Of a DNA stretch of 58,743 nt, positions 26,221 to 39,120 are shown in pieces; position 1 is the stretch's first letter; each line of letters begins with the position of its first letter. The notes beneath the pieces were generated by a model that was not told the origin of the DNA, made no database searches, and worked only from the letters and a program-made list of their open reading frames with translations. This stretch comes from Octopus bimaculoides (taxonomy: Eukaryota). Position numbers and translations under genes: made by a program. Location of the stretch: contig NC_068987.1 in NCBI RefSeq assembly GCF_001194135.2, positions 59,130,318 through 59,189,060 of the forward strand. The letters are read 5' to 3'.

Positions 26221-26240
26221 GTATGTATATTATTTTTCTT

Positions 26241-26750
26241 CATGATTGGGGTCCACTACATTTAGATGGCAAATATACTACACGATAGTGTGTTGTTAGC
26301 CAGCAGGAGGAGATATCTTCCTGGGGCTATAAACAACAGTAGCATCGTCCCTTATGGGTCCGCCACATTTAGGTGGCAAATATACTTCACGATTCTGTGC
26401 TGCTACTGTTTACGTCTTGCTCAGAGATTTATTATTGCTTATTTCTCCATTTTCGAGATCAGCAACAGTTTATCACTGGAAAAAGCAAATGGTATTTTGC
26501 ACTTTGAATGAGTTCTTATCGCTAGCTGGTGATTGTCACAAGCTGATGACGAGTTACTACCCAGAAACCTGGATCTGTGTGTATCATGTAAGGCTAGAGA
26601 TGGGAACAATGATTTCCCTTTGCAAATACTAATCGGATACAGACAGTGTGTTGTTTGCCAGCTGGAGGTGTTCTCTTCCTGGGGCTGTAAACAACGGTAG
26701 CATCGTCCCCTATGGTCTGCCACATTTAGGTGGCAAATATACTTCACGAT
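26241..26750 (+). mobile_element. Diverged retrozyme-family array (one full 357-bp unit plus two partial units) with a degenerate HHR at 26529-26587
   Basis: GGCAAATATACT(T/A)CACGAT ends at 26286, 26393 and 26750. The sequence aligns by eye to the reverse complement of the 44.3-kb unit. CTGATGA at 26543-26549, GAAAC at 26564-26568, ATC at 26573-26575. Confidence 0.78.
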
Positions 26751-29700
26751 CAGGCTCCAGTCTGATTTGGCAGGCTCCAATCTGAAACTCTGCCAAATCA
26801 GATTGGAGCCTGGTGTAGCCATCTAGTTTCACCAGTCAAATCGTCCAACCCATGCTAGCATGGAAAGCAGACGTTAAACGATGACGATGATGATGATGAT
26901 ATATATATAGAGGAATGTAGGTATACACATTATATATATGATGGACTCTCCTGTTGAATTCAACGTATGAGTGTTCAGCCTTTGCTGAACGACCTGCACA
27001 AATGATTTGTTTATAGAGATCAAATGTATGTGTTGAACAAGCTCACTATCCCCATCAAATTGATATTGACTGAACAGGTGCATGGTGTAACACGCTTCAA
27101 GAGTTGATGTGATTGTAGAGCAATGTGAGATGAAGAGCTTTGCTCAAGAACACAATGCACCACCCAGTGTACGAATTGAAACTGTGATCTCACAATCATG
27201 AGTGCAACGCCCTAACCACTAGACCATGCACCCTCATATATATATTAACCTTTAGCATTTAAACTAGCCATATCTGGCTCAAATATTCTACCTGTTTTAT
27301 ATTAAAACTACCCAGATTCAGACTCTCACACCTACCCTATAATGTCATTCTAAAAATAAACTATCACATCAAAATCTTGCTGCTGCAAGATAAAGCATAA
27401 TTAATTTAAAACATTGTGAATAAATAAGCATTACAATTGATAGAGTAAATTGAATGCTGAAGGGTTAAAGTATATTAAAGTTGAAATTTCACATTTAACA
27501 TTGATCTGAAAGATTGTTTAGTGTTTTGGTTACATATATAGAAGTACATCTCAGAACATTAGAATATTATACAAAAATTGGATATATTTGTTGTTAGTTT
27601 AGTCAACATATTAAAATTTCAATTGGTAGTAGACTCAATAAATCTAAACTAATCTATTCTTCGATATAAGCTAATAATGGCTTCCACACAGGTGTCCAAA
27701 TATCTCAAAATCATCATCATTTAGCGTCTGCTTTCCATGCTGGCATGGGTTAGACAGTTTGACTGTAACTGGTAAACTGGAGAGCTGCATCAGATTCCAG
27801 TCTGATTTGGCATAGTTTCTTTAGCTGGATGCCCTTCCTAACACCAACCACTTGAAGAGTACAATGGATGCGTTTTACATACTACTAGCATGGGTGCCAG
27901 TTACATAGCAACGGCACCTGCCACAACTATGATTTCACTTGGCTTGATGAGTCTTCTCAAGCACGGCTTATTGCCAAAGGTCTTACTCGATATCTTCACA
28001 TCCAAAACATATCATTACAATGGAGCAAGTGGGTCAACATTTGAGAGAAAGGTATGAAATTCCATATAGAACTTGATTGGAGCTCTGACTACCTGAGAAC
28101 ATTATGGCATAGAGAAAACCAAGCAATTCAGGTGTGATGGAAGTCAAAGTGGTCTAGATATCAGCCTTCAGCTCTGTCTGATTGTTGAGATACAACGCTA
28201 ATAAAACAGGTAGACTATTTGGGCCAGATATGACCAGTTTAATTGGTAAAATGGTTAAGTATATTATGTATAGTAATTATCATCTTTATTATATATATTA
28301 ACTGCCATTAACTATTCATCCAACTACAATTTTATAGTTACTGACTACTCTCTTTACTAAGTATAGTAACTGCTGTCTTTTATTACTAAGTCTATTTACT
28401 GATATGAAATGCTCACCCTATTATAACTAATGCTGGTTTTAATAAGCAGCTGTTGTTTTTATTAAATATATATTAACTACCACCTCAAAGACAAAAAAGT
28501 ATGTAACCGTAGTTATAGTTACTGCTGTCTTTATGATTTAACTACTGCTATAAAGACAGCAGGTTCCCAGCCATAGTTAGTGCTGTTTTTAGTAAATATA
28601 TTATGGACAACATCTGTTATGCATAAGAATAAATAGTTTTATTGAATATACACATTTCTTCAAAATTTTAATCTTCTAAGACATTGTTGGAAACACAGTT
28701 GCATTAACATCATTATGTATTTGATTACAATTTTGCAGAGGATATATTCTGGTTAATTTTGGGTAAATTTGGAGTTAGGTGATTCAAATTAACCTAATTT
28801 CATAACCAGTGCATTTATCTAATAAACTAGCTCAGGGTGAATGTTACGAGTCATTGGATGATAGAGACACCATTGGAAGGACTGATCAAGTGATACTTTG
28901 ATTGCAGATCTTTACTGCACGCTAACTAAATCTTTGTTATATAGAGCCTTTACTGTCTACAGCATTCATATACATTTGTCCCATAATGCCTAATTAAGAG
29001 CTTGATAGAAAAGGTTTTGATTGAAACTAAGATCTGGCAATCTGGGATACTCTCAGTAAGGCCAACTGTAATCCTTAATAAAATAGTTCCATTACATTTT
29101 AGATATGGAATTACCTAGGAGGGTAAAACAACTTCTTTGCATGTTTTCCATTTGTATCACAGTTTTTAGAATAAGTACACACTCTTGCAAACTTACCCAC
29201 CTGCTCTTCCTGATCCTCTGTCCATTTTCCCTCTTATATTCACCTTCTTGTATCTTGAGGGTAACCCTGTCACCTGGTCACCACCACCTTTTTCTCTCCT
29301 TCCACCTGGAATAGTCATGTACCTTTTCTATGGTAAGATACCTGTTCCTGCCCATCTATCATACATTAGTCTCTGAACACCTGGCATAAAGTCTCCTTCC
29401 TTTCTACTACACAATCCACTCAGTTGGGAGGTGGGGACTTGTCTTGCAAGTTACTTGGTGGCCTCACTCATACCAATTCTGCAAAAAGAGTATCCAGTAC
29501 ATACTGTAAAGTGGTTAGCATTAGGGAGGACATCCAGCTGTAGAAACCATGCCCAAGCAGACATTGGAGCTTGATATTGCCCTTTGGTTTGACAATATTG
29601 ATATATGCAATATTGTGAAACCATCCAGCCCATTCCAGTGTGGAATATGGATGTTAATTGATGACAATGACACTATCTCTGTATGATTACTAAAAGAGTA

Positions 29701-30341
29701 GGCCTCAAAAAGCATTGTCTAACCCATAATGATATTAATGATAATGTATTATACTAGTGATTCCTTATGACCATATATAGAGTCATTTGGATGTATTGGA
29801 GATATAGTTAATTGAATCATCCTTAGTATATTACTAGTACTTTGTTTTTATCTTCATTTCAAATCCTCTTCAAGGTATTTCATTGTGTTTGTGAAGTTAA
29901 ATCTACAAGTTTTATTCCTGTTGTGCATCATGAATTGGTACTACAGGTTCTTCAAGAAATGTCCAAAGTAAATTATGATCTATGCTGCACAGATTTCTTT
30001 CTCAACTGCATAAAGTCATGAACTGAACTTAAATTTAAGCAGTAATCATTTAGAACTCCTGTAGATTATATAATTACAGGTGCATACATGGCCCTGTGGT
30101 TAAAAAATTTGCTTCCCAGATACATTGTTCAGTCCTACTACATGGCACTTATGGCAAGTGCCTTCTGTTATAGTCATGGGCCAATCAAAACCTTATGAGT
30201 AGATTTGGTACAAGGAAGTGAAAAAAGCTCATCATATAATGTATGTGTGTGTGTTGACTTACGTGACTTATAATTTCTCTTCCTCTGTGTAAAATGGTGT
30301 AATTGTTTTTTCATTGTGTAATTGTTTTCTCTTTCTTGTAG

Positions 30342-30450
30342 TATCCATCATTACATTTATCATCATCATCATCCTCACTATATCTGAAATCAGATATTAC
30401 TCAGAGTCAGAACTGGAGTTTGACTATATGGTGGATTCCAGTGTAGATGG
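30342..30450 (+). CDS. ERGIC2: ERGIC2 coding exon 2 (VSIITFIIIIILTISEIRYYSESELEFDYMVDSSVDG), includes TM1, 109 nt
   Basis: Acceptor TTTCTTGTAG ends 30341; donor GTAAGT at 30451. Phase 1 in and phase 2 out keep the frame. Hydrophobic helix followed by EIRYY..EFDYMVD resembles ERGIC2 EFSVY..KYEYEVD. Confidence 0.95.
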
Positions 30451-30519
30451 GTAAGTAATTGCTGTCTTTATTGGAACTCTTGAGCCCTTTATATCTTCCC
30501 TTATGTCTTCACTTAGTTA

Positions 30520-32900
30520 AGTGCATATTTTTTTTTTTTTTGCTGGGTCTGGAGGAAGGGGCAGTGTCTATGACCTTTGCAGACTCACCAAGTCTGGTAA
30601 GATTGATGCCATTAATATTTTTTCTAAACTGTTGCAACTTGCTACCTCCTAGAAAGAGATGAACAGAGGTGATTCCAGAGGGGTGACATTCCGGGCATGT
30701 AGGATGGGAATTGTAGTTAGTGCAGGGTATGTGAGATTGGACACACAGGAGTGACAAGAGGTGGAGAGACAGGTGGGGAAGGTATATGACTAACCAGTTT
30801 CAAGGAACAGAAGCCATTGTAGTGGCAATAAAAAAGCCAGAAAGAGGCTGAAACAGATCTGTGTGAGATTTAAGACACTTTCAACAGATTAACATTAGCA
30901 GCATCAGTAGCACGGTCTCAGATGTGGAAACATACCCTATTGCAGACTTCATTTGCGTACTTGTAAGTACTGGTGCCATGTAAAAAGCACCCAATACACT
31001 CTGTGAAGTGGTTGGCACTAGGAAGGGCATCCAGCTATAGAAACCATGCCAAAATAGACAGGGAGCCTGAACAGCCCTTCAGTCAGTCAGCTCCTGTTAG
31101 CTACAACCCATGCCAGATGGATAACGGATGTTAAATGATGATGATGATGATTTGAGCTTTGTAGAGTGTCAATTGTTGGAGGCTGAAATAGTTTCTGACC
31201 CTGAAGAGAAGAGGCAGTCTTTGGGATGTAGTCCTAGCTGTGCTACTGATGTGTTTTTTTATCAGCTAAGATTCTCAGTAATAGTGAGGCTTAGCATTTG
31301 AAGTGATTGCGAGGGCACTAGACAAGTGCTATTCATGTTTAGGCAGGATTTGGTACAATTGCTTTATTGATATGACTGGATTCTTTTGCTGTTAAAAGTG
31401 ACAAGATTGGCATCATCTGCATAACAATCGTATTATTGGATATAGCAGCAAATAGGCCATTGATGAATAGAAGGAAGAGAGTGGAAGACAAAACTGAATC
31501 CTGTGGTACACCACAGTTGATGGAGAGTTGAGCAGAAAAAGCTCTATCAACACGTCACAATTGTGCAGCCTGATAGCAATCTACCAGTGCAAAATGTGAG
31601 AGATGGTTGAAGCCCATAGGTAGAAAGATTTGATAAGAAATTCATGTGCCAGATGTGGTTCAAAGTTTTATTGATGTTTAAAGCACTAACGTTGCATTCA
31701 TCATGAAGGCCATCTAGTGAGTAGCATAAGAGAGTAGTTTCCAGTAGATCTGGCTCCGTGGAAGCTGGACTAGTGATCATTGAGCAGAGAGAGTGAGCCA
31801 GGTCCTGAAGAACATTGTTGTTAATGGGTTTTTCATTACCTTAGATATGTTAGAAGTGAGGGAAATGGGACAGTAGTTAACTAGGTCAGAGAAGTTTCCT
31901 TTCTTTGGAATGCGATGCACTGTAGTGTTTTCCCAAATGCTTAGAGTATATCCTCTTGAGAGTGGGAGATTAAAGAATCTGGTGAATATAGGAACAAGTT
32001 CAGGAGCACATTGTTTAAGTTTAATAAAAGGGACATTTCTAGGGGCAAAGGTCATGTTTGTTTCAAGCAAATGGAATTATTTCTGCACTTGGCATGTGTA
32101 TGTATGTGAGGTGGGGAGCCCATTAGAGTGAAAGGGGATAAATTTAGAGGAGATTGTCTGAGAGCGCATAGTATGAATTTAGATGTGAAATAGAACTGTA
32201 AAGGTGGATACTTTCTCACAAAGTGAAGCCATCATTTAGAAGATGAGGTAAAAAGAGACAGCAAAGTTGATGGAGATTTAAGGACTAGTTGGATCTGCTA
32301 TATTTTGGATGGTGGGAAAACTTGAGAGCTGTATGAAGGTATCCTTTCTGACTGAATAATAGTCTTATAAGAGTTGTGCTGCTGGATGATTGCCAACCAA
32401 TTTTGGAGAGTGGGTAGAATTCTTCAGGTATTATAGGCCTTGTTTTTTGCTATGAAAGCCACAGCACAGCTATAAGTGTGTAAGATGTGGAGGAACATGC
32501 CTTAACGTCACTTCTCTAGCAGATTATTTTAGTGCCAAGAGTGAAGTATGAGTGTTGCTTTCAGCGAAAATTGATATAAAACAGGCTGAACTCTGACCAG
32601 TCAGCTGAATTGAAGTGCCATAGGGTGCCATGTAGCATGTGATTTTGTGTTGGTTAGTTACAATTAGGCAATAGTTAGATGATCTGATAGATGCTGAGAT
32701 AGTTATAGGTTGGAAGAGGTTAGATTTTTGCAACAAGAAATAGGTCAAGTGTTTGGGATGTCTGTATGACAGTCTGGAATATGAGTAAGTGATGAAACAA
32801 GTTGGTTGAAAAAGTTGAGAATTGTAGTAACAGATAGATGAATAGAAAAAAATTCTCAAACAACCTTTATTGAACTGATAATGAATTTAGGAAAGGTGAC
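30520..32900 (-). mobile_element. Decayed CR1/L2-group LINE (APE remnant plus RT) in ERGIC2 intron 2, interrupted by an RTE-tail repeat at about 30960-31150
   Basis: The - strand gives LKQCAPEL..FN..W....V..IPKKG..DLVNYCPISLTS (ORF 31777-32070), NCGVPQDSVLS.TLFLLFIN, YADD (about 31412-31423) and a degenerate LWN..FK.NIN-like 3' end. Confidence 0.82.
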
Positions 32901-32991
32901 ACTGATGGGTCTTAAATTAGGTATTACACTATTGCTCAAAGTTAATGAAACAAAGACCCAATTAACCTTCACAAATCACTGGGTCATTCAT

Positions 32992-33620
32992 CATCATCAT
33001 CATCATCGTTTAACGTCCGCTTTCCATGCTAGCATGGGTTGGACGATTTGACTGAGGACTGGTGAAACCGGATGGCTACACCACGCTCCAATCTGATTTG
33101 GCAGAGTTTCTACAGCTGGATGCCCTTCCTAACGCCAACCACTCTGAGAGTGTTGTGGGTGCTTTTACGTGCCACCCGCACGAAGGCCAGTCAGGCGGTA
33201 CTGGCAATGGCCACGCTCAAATGGTGTATTTTATGTGCCACCTGCACAAGAGCCAGTCCAGGGGCACTGGCAATGATCTCGCTCGAAAGTCCATTACACA
33301 TGCCACGGGCACAAGTGCCAGAAAGGCGACGCTGGGCACAGGTGCCATCCCGATTTCGCTTTCGCTTGCCCCAATAAGTCTTCACAAGCTGAGTTTCGNN
33401 NNNNNNNNNNNNNNNNNNNNNNNNNNNNNNNNNNNNNNNNNNNNNNNNNNNNNNNNNNNNNNNNNNNNNNNNNNNNNNNNNNNNNNNNNNNNNNNNNNNN
33501 NNNNAATGAAAGAGACGACGTTGGCATGGGTGCCAGTCGTCGAATTTAGTTCGGTTTCGATTTCACTTTCCTCAACAGGTCTTCGCAAGCAGAGTTTAGT
33601 GTCCAAAGAAGGAAAGGTAC
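32992..33620 (-). mobile_element. Young RTE 3'-UTR-only copy (others near 26790-26900 +, 27715-27980 -, 29460-29660 +, 42000-42275 +, 48205-48570 -, 49380-49575 +, 49880-50145 +, 54610-54805 +, 56820-57092 -, 57375-57775 +)
   Basis: Shared block CATCATCGTTTAACGTCCGCTTTCCATGCTAGCATGGGTTGG..GCTGGATGCCCTTCCTAACGCCAACCAC, continuous with the RTE ORF-bearing copies. Confidence 0.85.
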
Positions 33621-34262
33621 GCATGTCTTCATATAATCTGTCTGTACTAAATTATCATGCTGAAGCTCAAGTCCCTCCAGGTTAATGAGGGCTGCCACAA
33701 GTTGCTGATAAGGGCTAGTGACAAGACATTGTTTAACCAAATATTAAATGTGCGTCACAGATTTGGTCTGTTGGAAAATTAACACTGCTCTAATTGAATG
33801 CAATACAAACATGTTCTGTGATACTTGATAGGTCATTATTCTATCACCATTAAAATTTTCTGTTTTCATACTGTGTCATCATATCATCATCTCCAGGCTA
33901 TTGTTTACAATTGGAAATTACACAGACAAGGAATAAATAAAGTGAAATAGCTTAGTCATGACCTACCGATGTTCAAATGGGATATAAATCACATCAACCT
34001 TATTGTTAAATGTAATATATCATAGTTACAGACTGTCTGTCTGATAAAACCATAAAACAACCCCAACAAGCTCATAGACTTAGCTTGGAACCTTACTCTA
34101 AGTGTTTTTACAAAACAGTGGTTAATTTAGCTTAACAGATTGTACGATCTTGCCACTTTTATTCCTTCTTGAATTGTTCATTAGGTAAGTGACTGATTAA
34201 AAGATGAACTGATGAAATAATCAATCCCCGAAAAGATATTTGTGTTACCTATGTTACCCAGC

Positions 34263-34645
34263 GTGGAAGTGCAATGGCCCAGTGGTTAGGGCAGCGGACT
34301 CGCTGTCATAGGATCGCGGTTTCGATTCCCAGACCGGGCGTTGTGAGTGTTTATTGAGCGAAAACACCTAAAGCTCCACGAGGCTCCGGCAGGCGATGGT
34401 GGCAAACCCTGCTGTACTCTTCCACCACAACTTTCTCTCACTCTTACTTCCTGTTTCTGTTGTGCCTGTAATTCAAAGGGTCAGCCTTGTCACTGTGTCA
34501 CGCTGAATATCCCCGAGAATTACGTTAAGGGTACACGTGTCTGTGGAGTGCTCAGCCACTTGCACGTTAATTTCACGAGCAGGCTGTTCCGTTGATCGGA
34601 TCAACTGGAATCCTCGACGTCGTAAGTGACGGAGTGCCAACAACA
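34263..34645 (+). mobile_element. Young tRNA-headed SINE, (CAA)n tail, 12-bp TSD ATGTTACCCAGC
   Basis: Head TGGCCCAGTGGTTAGGGC..GGTTTCGATTCCC; TSD at 34251-34262 and 34646-34657. Confidence 0.9.
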
Positions 34646-34890
34646 ATGTTACCCAGCATCTAATGTAACACAGAAGCATTATCAAACCTGTGAAGTATCT
34701 TCTGGAAGCCATCACCCTTACCATTCTCATTTCTCCCAATAAGATTTTCGTGGTCCATTTCTGCTTTGGTTTTGACCATTATTTCTTATATATTTGAACA
34801 ACGATTTTCTATCAATTATTCATTACTAACTAAACTTGATATTTTTTTTTCTAATTTTGTTTATGTTCTTTTTTCATTTTCACTCTCCAG

Positions 34891-34937
34891 CACTCTCCAA
34901 ATTAATGTTGATATTACAGTGGCAATGAAATGTCCAA
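34891..34937 (+). CDS. ERGIC2: ERGIC2 coding exon 3 (TLQINVDITVAMKCP), 47 nt
   Basis: Polypyrimidine tract and CTCTCCAG acceptor end at 34890; donor GTAAGT at 34938. INVDITVAMKC matches the conserved INIDITVAMKC motif; the frame is continuous. Confidence 0.96.
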
Positions 34938-35949
34938 GTAAGTATATGATCACAAATATAGTAATGTTGTGATCCATCATTCACTTGTTCCATTTGTTTT
35001 AATAAATAGTTAATAGGGGACGCTGTTGTGTGGTGAAGAAGTTCATTTTGTAGTCATCTTAATTCAACTTCACATTCAGATATTGGTGACCATATAGTTT
35101 ATCCTTATTGTCAAAATTTATCTATAAGTTTCCCTTATCATACGTTTCTACTTTACTCCATCATGTTAGGCAAAATACTTAGTGATGTTTCATCTGTCTT
35201 TATGTTCTGAGTTCAAATCCCACCAATGTCAGCTTTGCCTTTCATCCTTTCAGGGTTAATGAAATAAGTACTAGTTAAGTACTGGGTTGATGTAATTGAT
35301 TTTTTATTATATGTTCTTTAGTTTATTGCTTTTTTTTTCTTAATTCATTATGGCAAATAATTTCCAACAGAACAACTATGTGCACCTGATGTGAAAGGAT
35401 GCTGGTTCGCCTTGAAATATTTGTAATATTATACGATATGTACTCAGTGCTTCTCCTGCTCCTTTCATTTACAGACTTAATTATCACATAAGAAACAACA
35501 TTTGTTGCTTTTGAACTGAAATTGCATAGCATTTTCCATCTTATTGGAATTTTCTGTCTAATCTCAATATGGGGTGAAGTGTGTTTGATGCATTAGTTAA
35601 TAAACTTTATTGATTATTTATCAATTCATTTCTGTTTTCTATACTAATTTTGCTTATGCTAGATGCTAACCAATCATCATTATTATTATTTTTACTATTA
35701 TTATCATTTCATGTAGTCACATGAATCCTACCATTGAGCTACAAGTAACCTTGCTGTCCCTAATAACACTGTTTTCTGGAGATGCACTAAACTAAGTTTT
35801 ATGCCTATTTCCTCTATCCAGCTGTTCAAATCTTTAGGATTAGCTCCTAATGCACCTATAACCACAGGGATACATTTTATCTATACTTTCCATAGCCTTT
35901 GCAACTCAGTGGCTAGGTCCTGGTACTTTGTTATTTTCTCTATACCTCT

Positions 35950-36287
35950 CCAAGTTGGCAGAATCGTTAGCATGATGGATGAAATGAAATACTTAGTAGT
36001 ATTTTACCTGTCGCTCCATTCTGAGTTCAAATTCCATTTAGGTCATCTTTGCCTTTCATCCTTTCAGGGTCGATAAATTAAGTACCAGTGAAATACTAGG
36101 GTTGATGTAATCAACTAGTCCCCGTTCCCCAAAATTTCAGGCCTTGTGCCTATAGTAGAAAGGATTATTATTATTATTCTTTCTGCTGAGGTCAGCTTTG
36201 CCTTTCATCTTTTCGGGGTCGTGGAGTTTATGTAATCGACAGATCCCCTCCCCAAAAATGTCTGCCCTTGTGGCAAAATTTGAAACC

Positions 36288-36327
<40 letters not shown>

Positions 36328-36792
36328 TTATTAAGGCAGCAAGCTGGCAGAATTGTTAGCATGCTTGGTGAAATGTTTAGTGGCATTTCATCTGTTACTA
36401 TGTTCTCAGTTCAAATGCCGCCGGGGGTCGACTTTACCTTTCATCCTTTTGGGGTTGATAAAATAAATACCAGTTGAGTACTGGGGTCTATGTAATTGAC
36501 TTACCCCCTCCTCCAAAATTTCAGGCCTTGTGCCCATAGTAGAAAGGATTATTATTATTATTAAAGACAGCAAGCTGACATAATCATTAGCATATCAAGC
36601 GAAATGCTACATTCTGAGTTCAAATGTTGCTGAGGTGTACTTTGCCTTTCATCTTTCCAGGGTCGATAAATTACGTATCAGTTATGCACTGGGGTTGATG
36701 TAATCAAATAACCCCCTCCCCCAAAATTTCCAGCCTTGTGCCTATAATAAAAAGGATTATTATTATTATTATTATTATTATCATTATTATTA
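35950..36792 (+). repeat. Head-to-tail cluster of four copies or partial copies of the 210-bp SINE, separated by (ATT)n
   Basis: GGCAGAAT/GACATAAT heads and GCC(C/T)TTGTG(C/G)C tails recur, each followed by an ATT run, ending about 30 nt before the exon 4 acceptor. Confidence 0.8.
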
Positions 36793-36823
36793 TTGTTATT
36801 ATATTTTACTTTTCATTTTCTAG

Positions 36824-37043
36824 CTGTTGGAGCTGATTGTTTAGATATCACTGGCCAAGATGTTCAAGCCTTTGGTCAGTTACAGCAAGATGATGCTTAC
36901 TTTGATCTCACTCCACAGCAACAACACTACCATAACACACTTCAAGAATTTAACCAATATTTAAGAGAAGATTACCATGCTATCCAGGAAGTTTTGTGGC
37001 TCACATCTGGGATATCATCTCTTGCTGCTAACATGCCAGATCC
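36824..37043 (+). CDS. ERGIC2: ERGIC2 coding exon 4 (TVGADCLDITGQDVQAFG...DLTPQQ...AIQEVLW...NMPDP), 220 nt
   Basis: Acceptor TTTTCTAG ends 36823; donor GTATGT at 37044. The frame is open; VGAD.LD and FDLTPQQ match ERGIC2 (VGADVLD, FDLSPQQ). Confidence 0.94.
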
Positions 37044-37471
37044 GTATGTATTATTTATATATTCTTTTTGTTGTTATTAGGGTTGTGGTCTGCTCAAGAT
37101 AAATGTCTTGTTGTATTTAAGTGTGTCTTTTACATTATAATTTTAAATTCCATCAGCATCAACTTTGCATTTCATCTGTCAGCAAGTATTTAGATAAGTA
37201 CCAGTGAAATACTGTGGTTGATTTAATGTACTGTCCTCTCCCTTCCATAAAATTAATGTCTTGTGCTGGATTCATAAATCAGTATGTAGTTTATTTCCCA
37301 GTATGTAGTTTATTAACCTTGATCAAGTACAGATAAAAGGCAGTCCAACCATGTCTATCAGACTCAGTGGCTCTCCTGTTGATTTCTAATAAATCTTTAT
37401 TTTCAGGTTTCTGTGATAAAAAAATTGTTATGAATCTTTATTTTTAGGTTGTTTCCGTGATAATTTTATTA

Positions 37472-38160
37472 TTAGGTTGTCAAGAAAGTTCTTGCGGAAT
37501 TTTAAATTTTGGTTTTAAATGATGTATTTTCAAATTAATTTTCATTGAATTACTTTGACTTTATATATCATTTTAAAGCCCATTTTTCACTCTATCTAAT
37601 CGTGTTACTCTTTTCCTTTTTGAATAATTAGGCCATTTTTTCCAGAATGTTGAATACAACATGGACAAAAAGCAAATTCGCACAGTTTTCTTATTCCAGT
37701 GCAAGCTAGGCCGAAAAGCTGCTGAAACAGCTCGCGATATCAATGATGTGTTTGGCTCAGGAACCACTAATGAACGCCCAGTTCAATGGTGGTTCAAGAA
37801 ATGTTGTAGCAGTGACAAGAGTCTTGAAGATGGTAAGCATAGTGGTTGGCCATCGGATGTTGACAACGATAACTAAGAGCCTTAGTCGAAGCCAATCCAC
37901 ACACAACTGTTCGAGAGCTTGCTTCTGAATTAGGCGTTATGTATACGACAATTTCCAACCACTTGAAAGAGATTGGAAAAACAAAAATACTTGAGAAATG
38001 AGTGCTGCATGAATTGGACGACAACCAAAAACAAATGTTGTTTTGAAGTGTCATCTTCCCTTCTTTTTCGCAATAAGAATGACCCGTTTCTCGACCAGAT
38101 TGTGACTTGCGATGAAAAGTGGATTCTTTATGACAACCAGTGGCGCTCATCTCAGTGATT
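37472..38160 (+). mobile_element. 3'-truncated mariner transposon remnant in ERGIC2 intron 4
   Basis: TA followed by a TTAGGTTG..AAAGTTCTTGCGG left TIR. The broken transposase reads MDKKQIR..F..KLGRKAAETARDINDVFG..VQWWFKK and FLDQIVTCDEKWILYDN (first D of DD34D). Confidence 0.9.
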
Positions 38161-39120
38161 GGGGAAATTCTATTAAGAATTATAAGGGAAATTCTATTAA
38201 GAAGTATAGAGTTCTAGATTTTTGAGACAAGAGGTGAGATTGTGATTCCTTTGTAGTTCTGAGACAGGTGATGATTACCTTACTTTGGAAGTAGAATTTC
38301 ATTTATAGAAATACTCTTCCAAATGATGGCTGAGATAAGCATTTTGAGACTCTTCTTCGGTAAACAGTGTTGAGAATGAAGTATGAGTGTCAATAGGAAG
38401 TGAGTCAAGGGAGAGGGAGTGATGACTGGCAACACAGGAAAAGTGGTCTGTGGAAAATATAAGTTGGGGAAGATTATGCTAAAAATCTGAAATGACATAC
38501 ATTAAAATAGATATATGACAGTGTGGTTAAGAAGTTTACTTCAGAGCTTCTTGGTTTTGGATTCAATTCCACTGTGTCGTACTATGGGTAAGTGTATATA
38601 TATGCTATACATGTGTGTGCATATGTGTACCCTTGTCTGACATCATGTGATGGTTGTAAACAAGCATCATCATTATACAAGTGTTTTCAGTCTGCTATGG
38701 AAAATCATGTTTGGCTATGAAAAATATTACATTGCCTGGAATCAGGTGAGCATTGACAGTTGTACATCAAGTTGTAGAAAATCTGCTTCAACAAATCCTA
38801 TCTGACTCGGGCAAGCATGGAAAAATGGACACTATATGATGATATATATTTGTGTGTGTGTATTGAATACTTGAAATGAGGAATAGATAGGCAGCCGATA
38901 CTGATGAAGGGTCATTCTCTCTGTTTACTAGCCCTGTTTTCGTTTTTTTTCTCTTGTTGTTTGCATACTTAACTTGTTTGTTTTCGTATTTCATGTTGTT
39001 TACACAGTTGGTGATGTCCTGTACCCATATATGCATATATATATTTATACTTACACACATACATGTGTATATGTTTGTGTATTCGTGTATCTAAACATTA
39101 TATTGTATATGCTATTGCAG

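Noticed and set aside
30358-30372. (ATC)5 in exon 2 as an RTE tail remnant
   Set aside because: It encodes Ile residues of the conserved TM1 in frame, and no RTE sequence is adjacent.
34263-34340. tRNA-like heads (also 15837-15911, 23270-23343, 5750-5820) as true tRNA genes
   Set aside because: The acceptor and T stems are imperfect and each is fused to a SINE body or tail.
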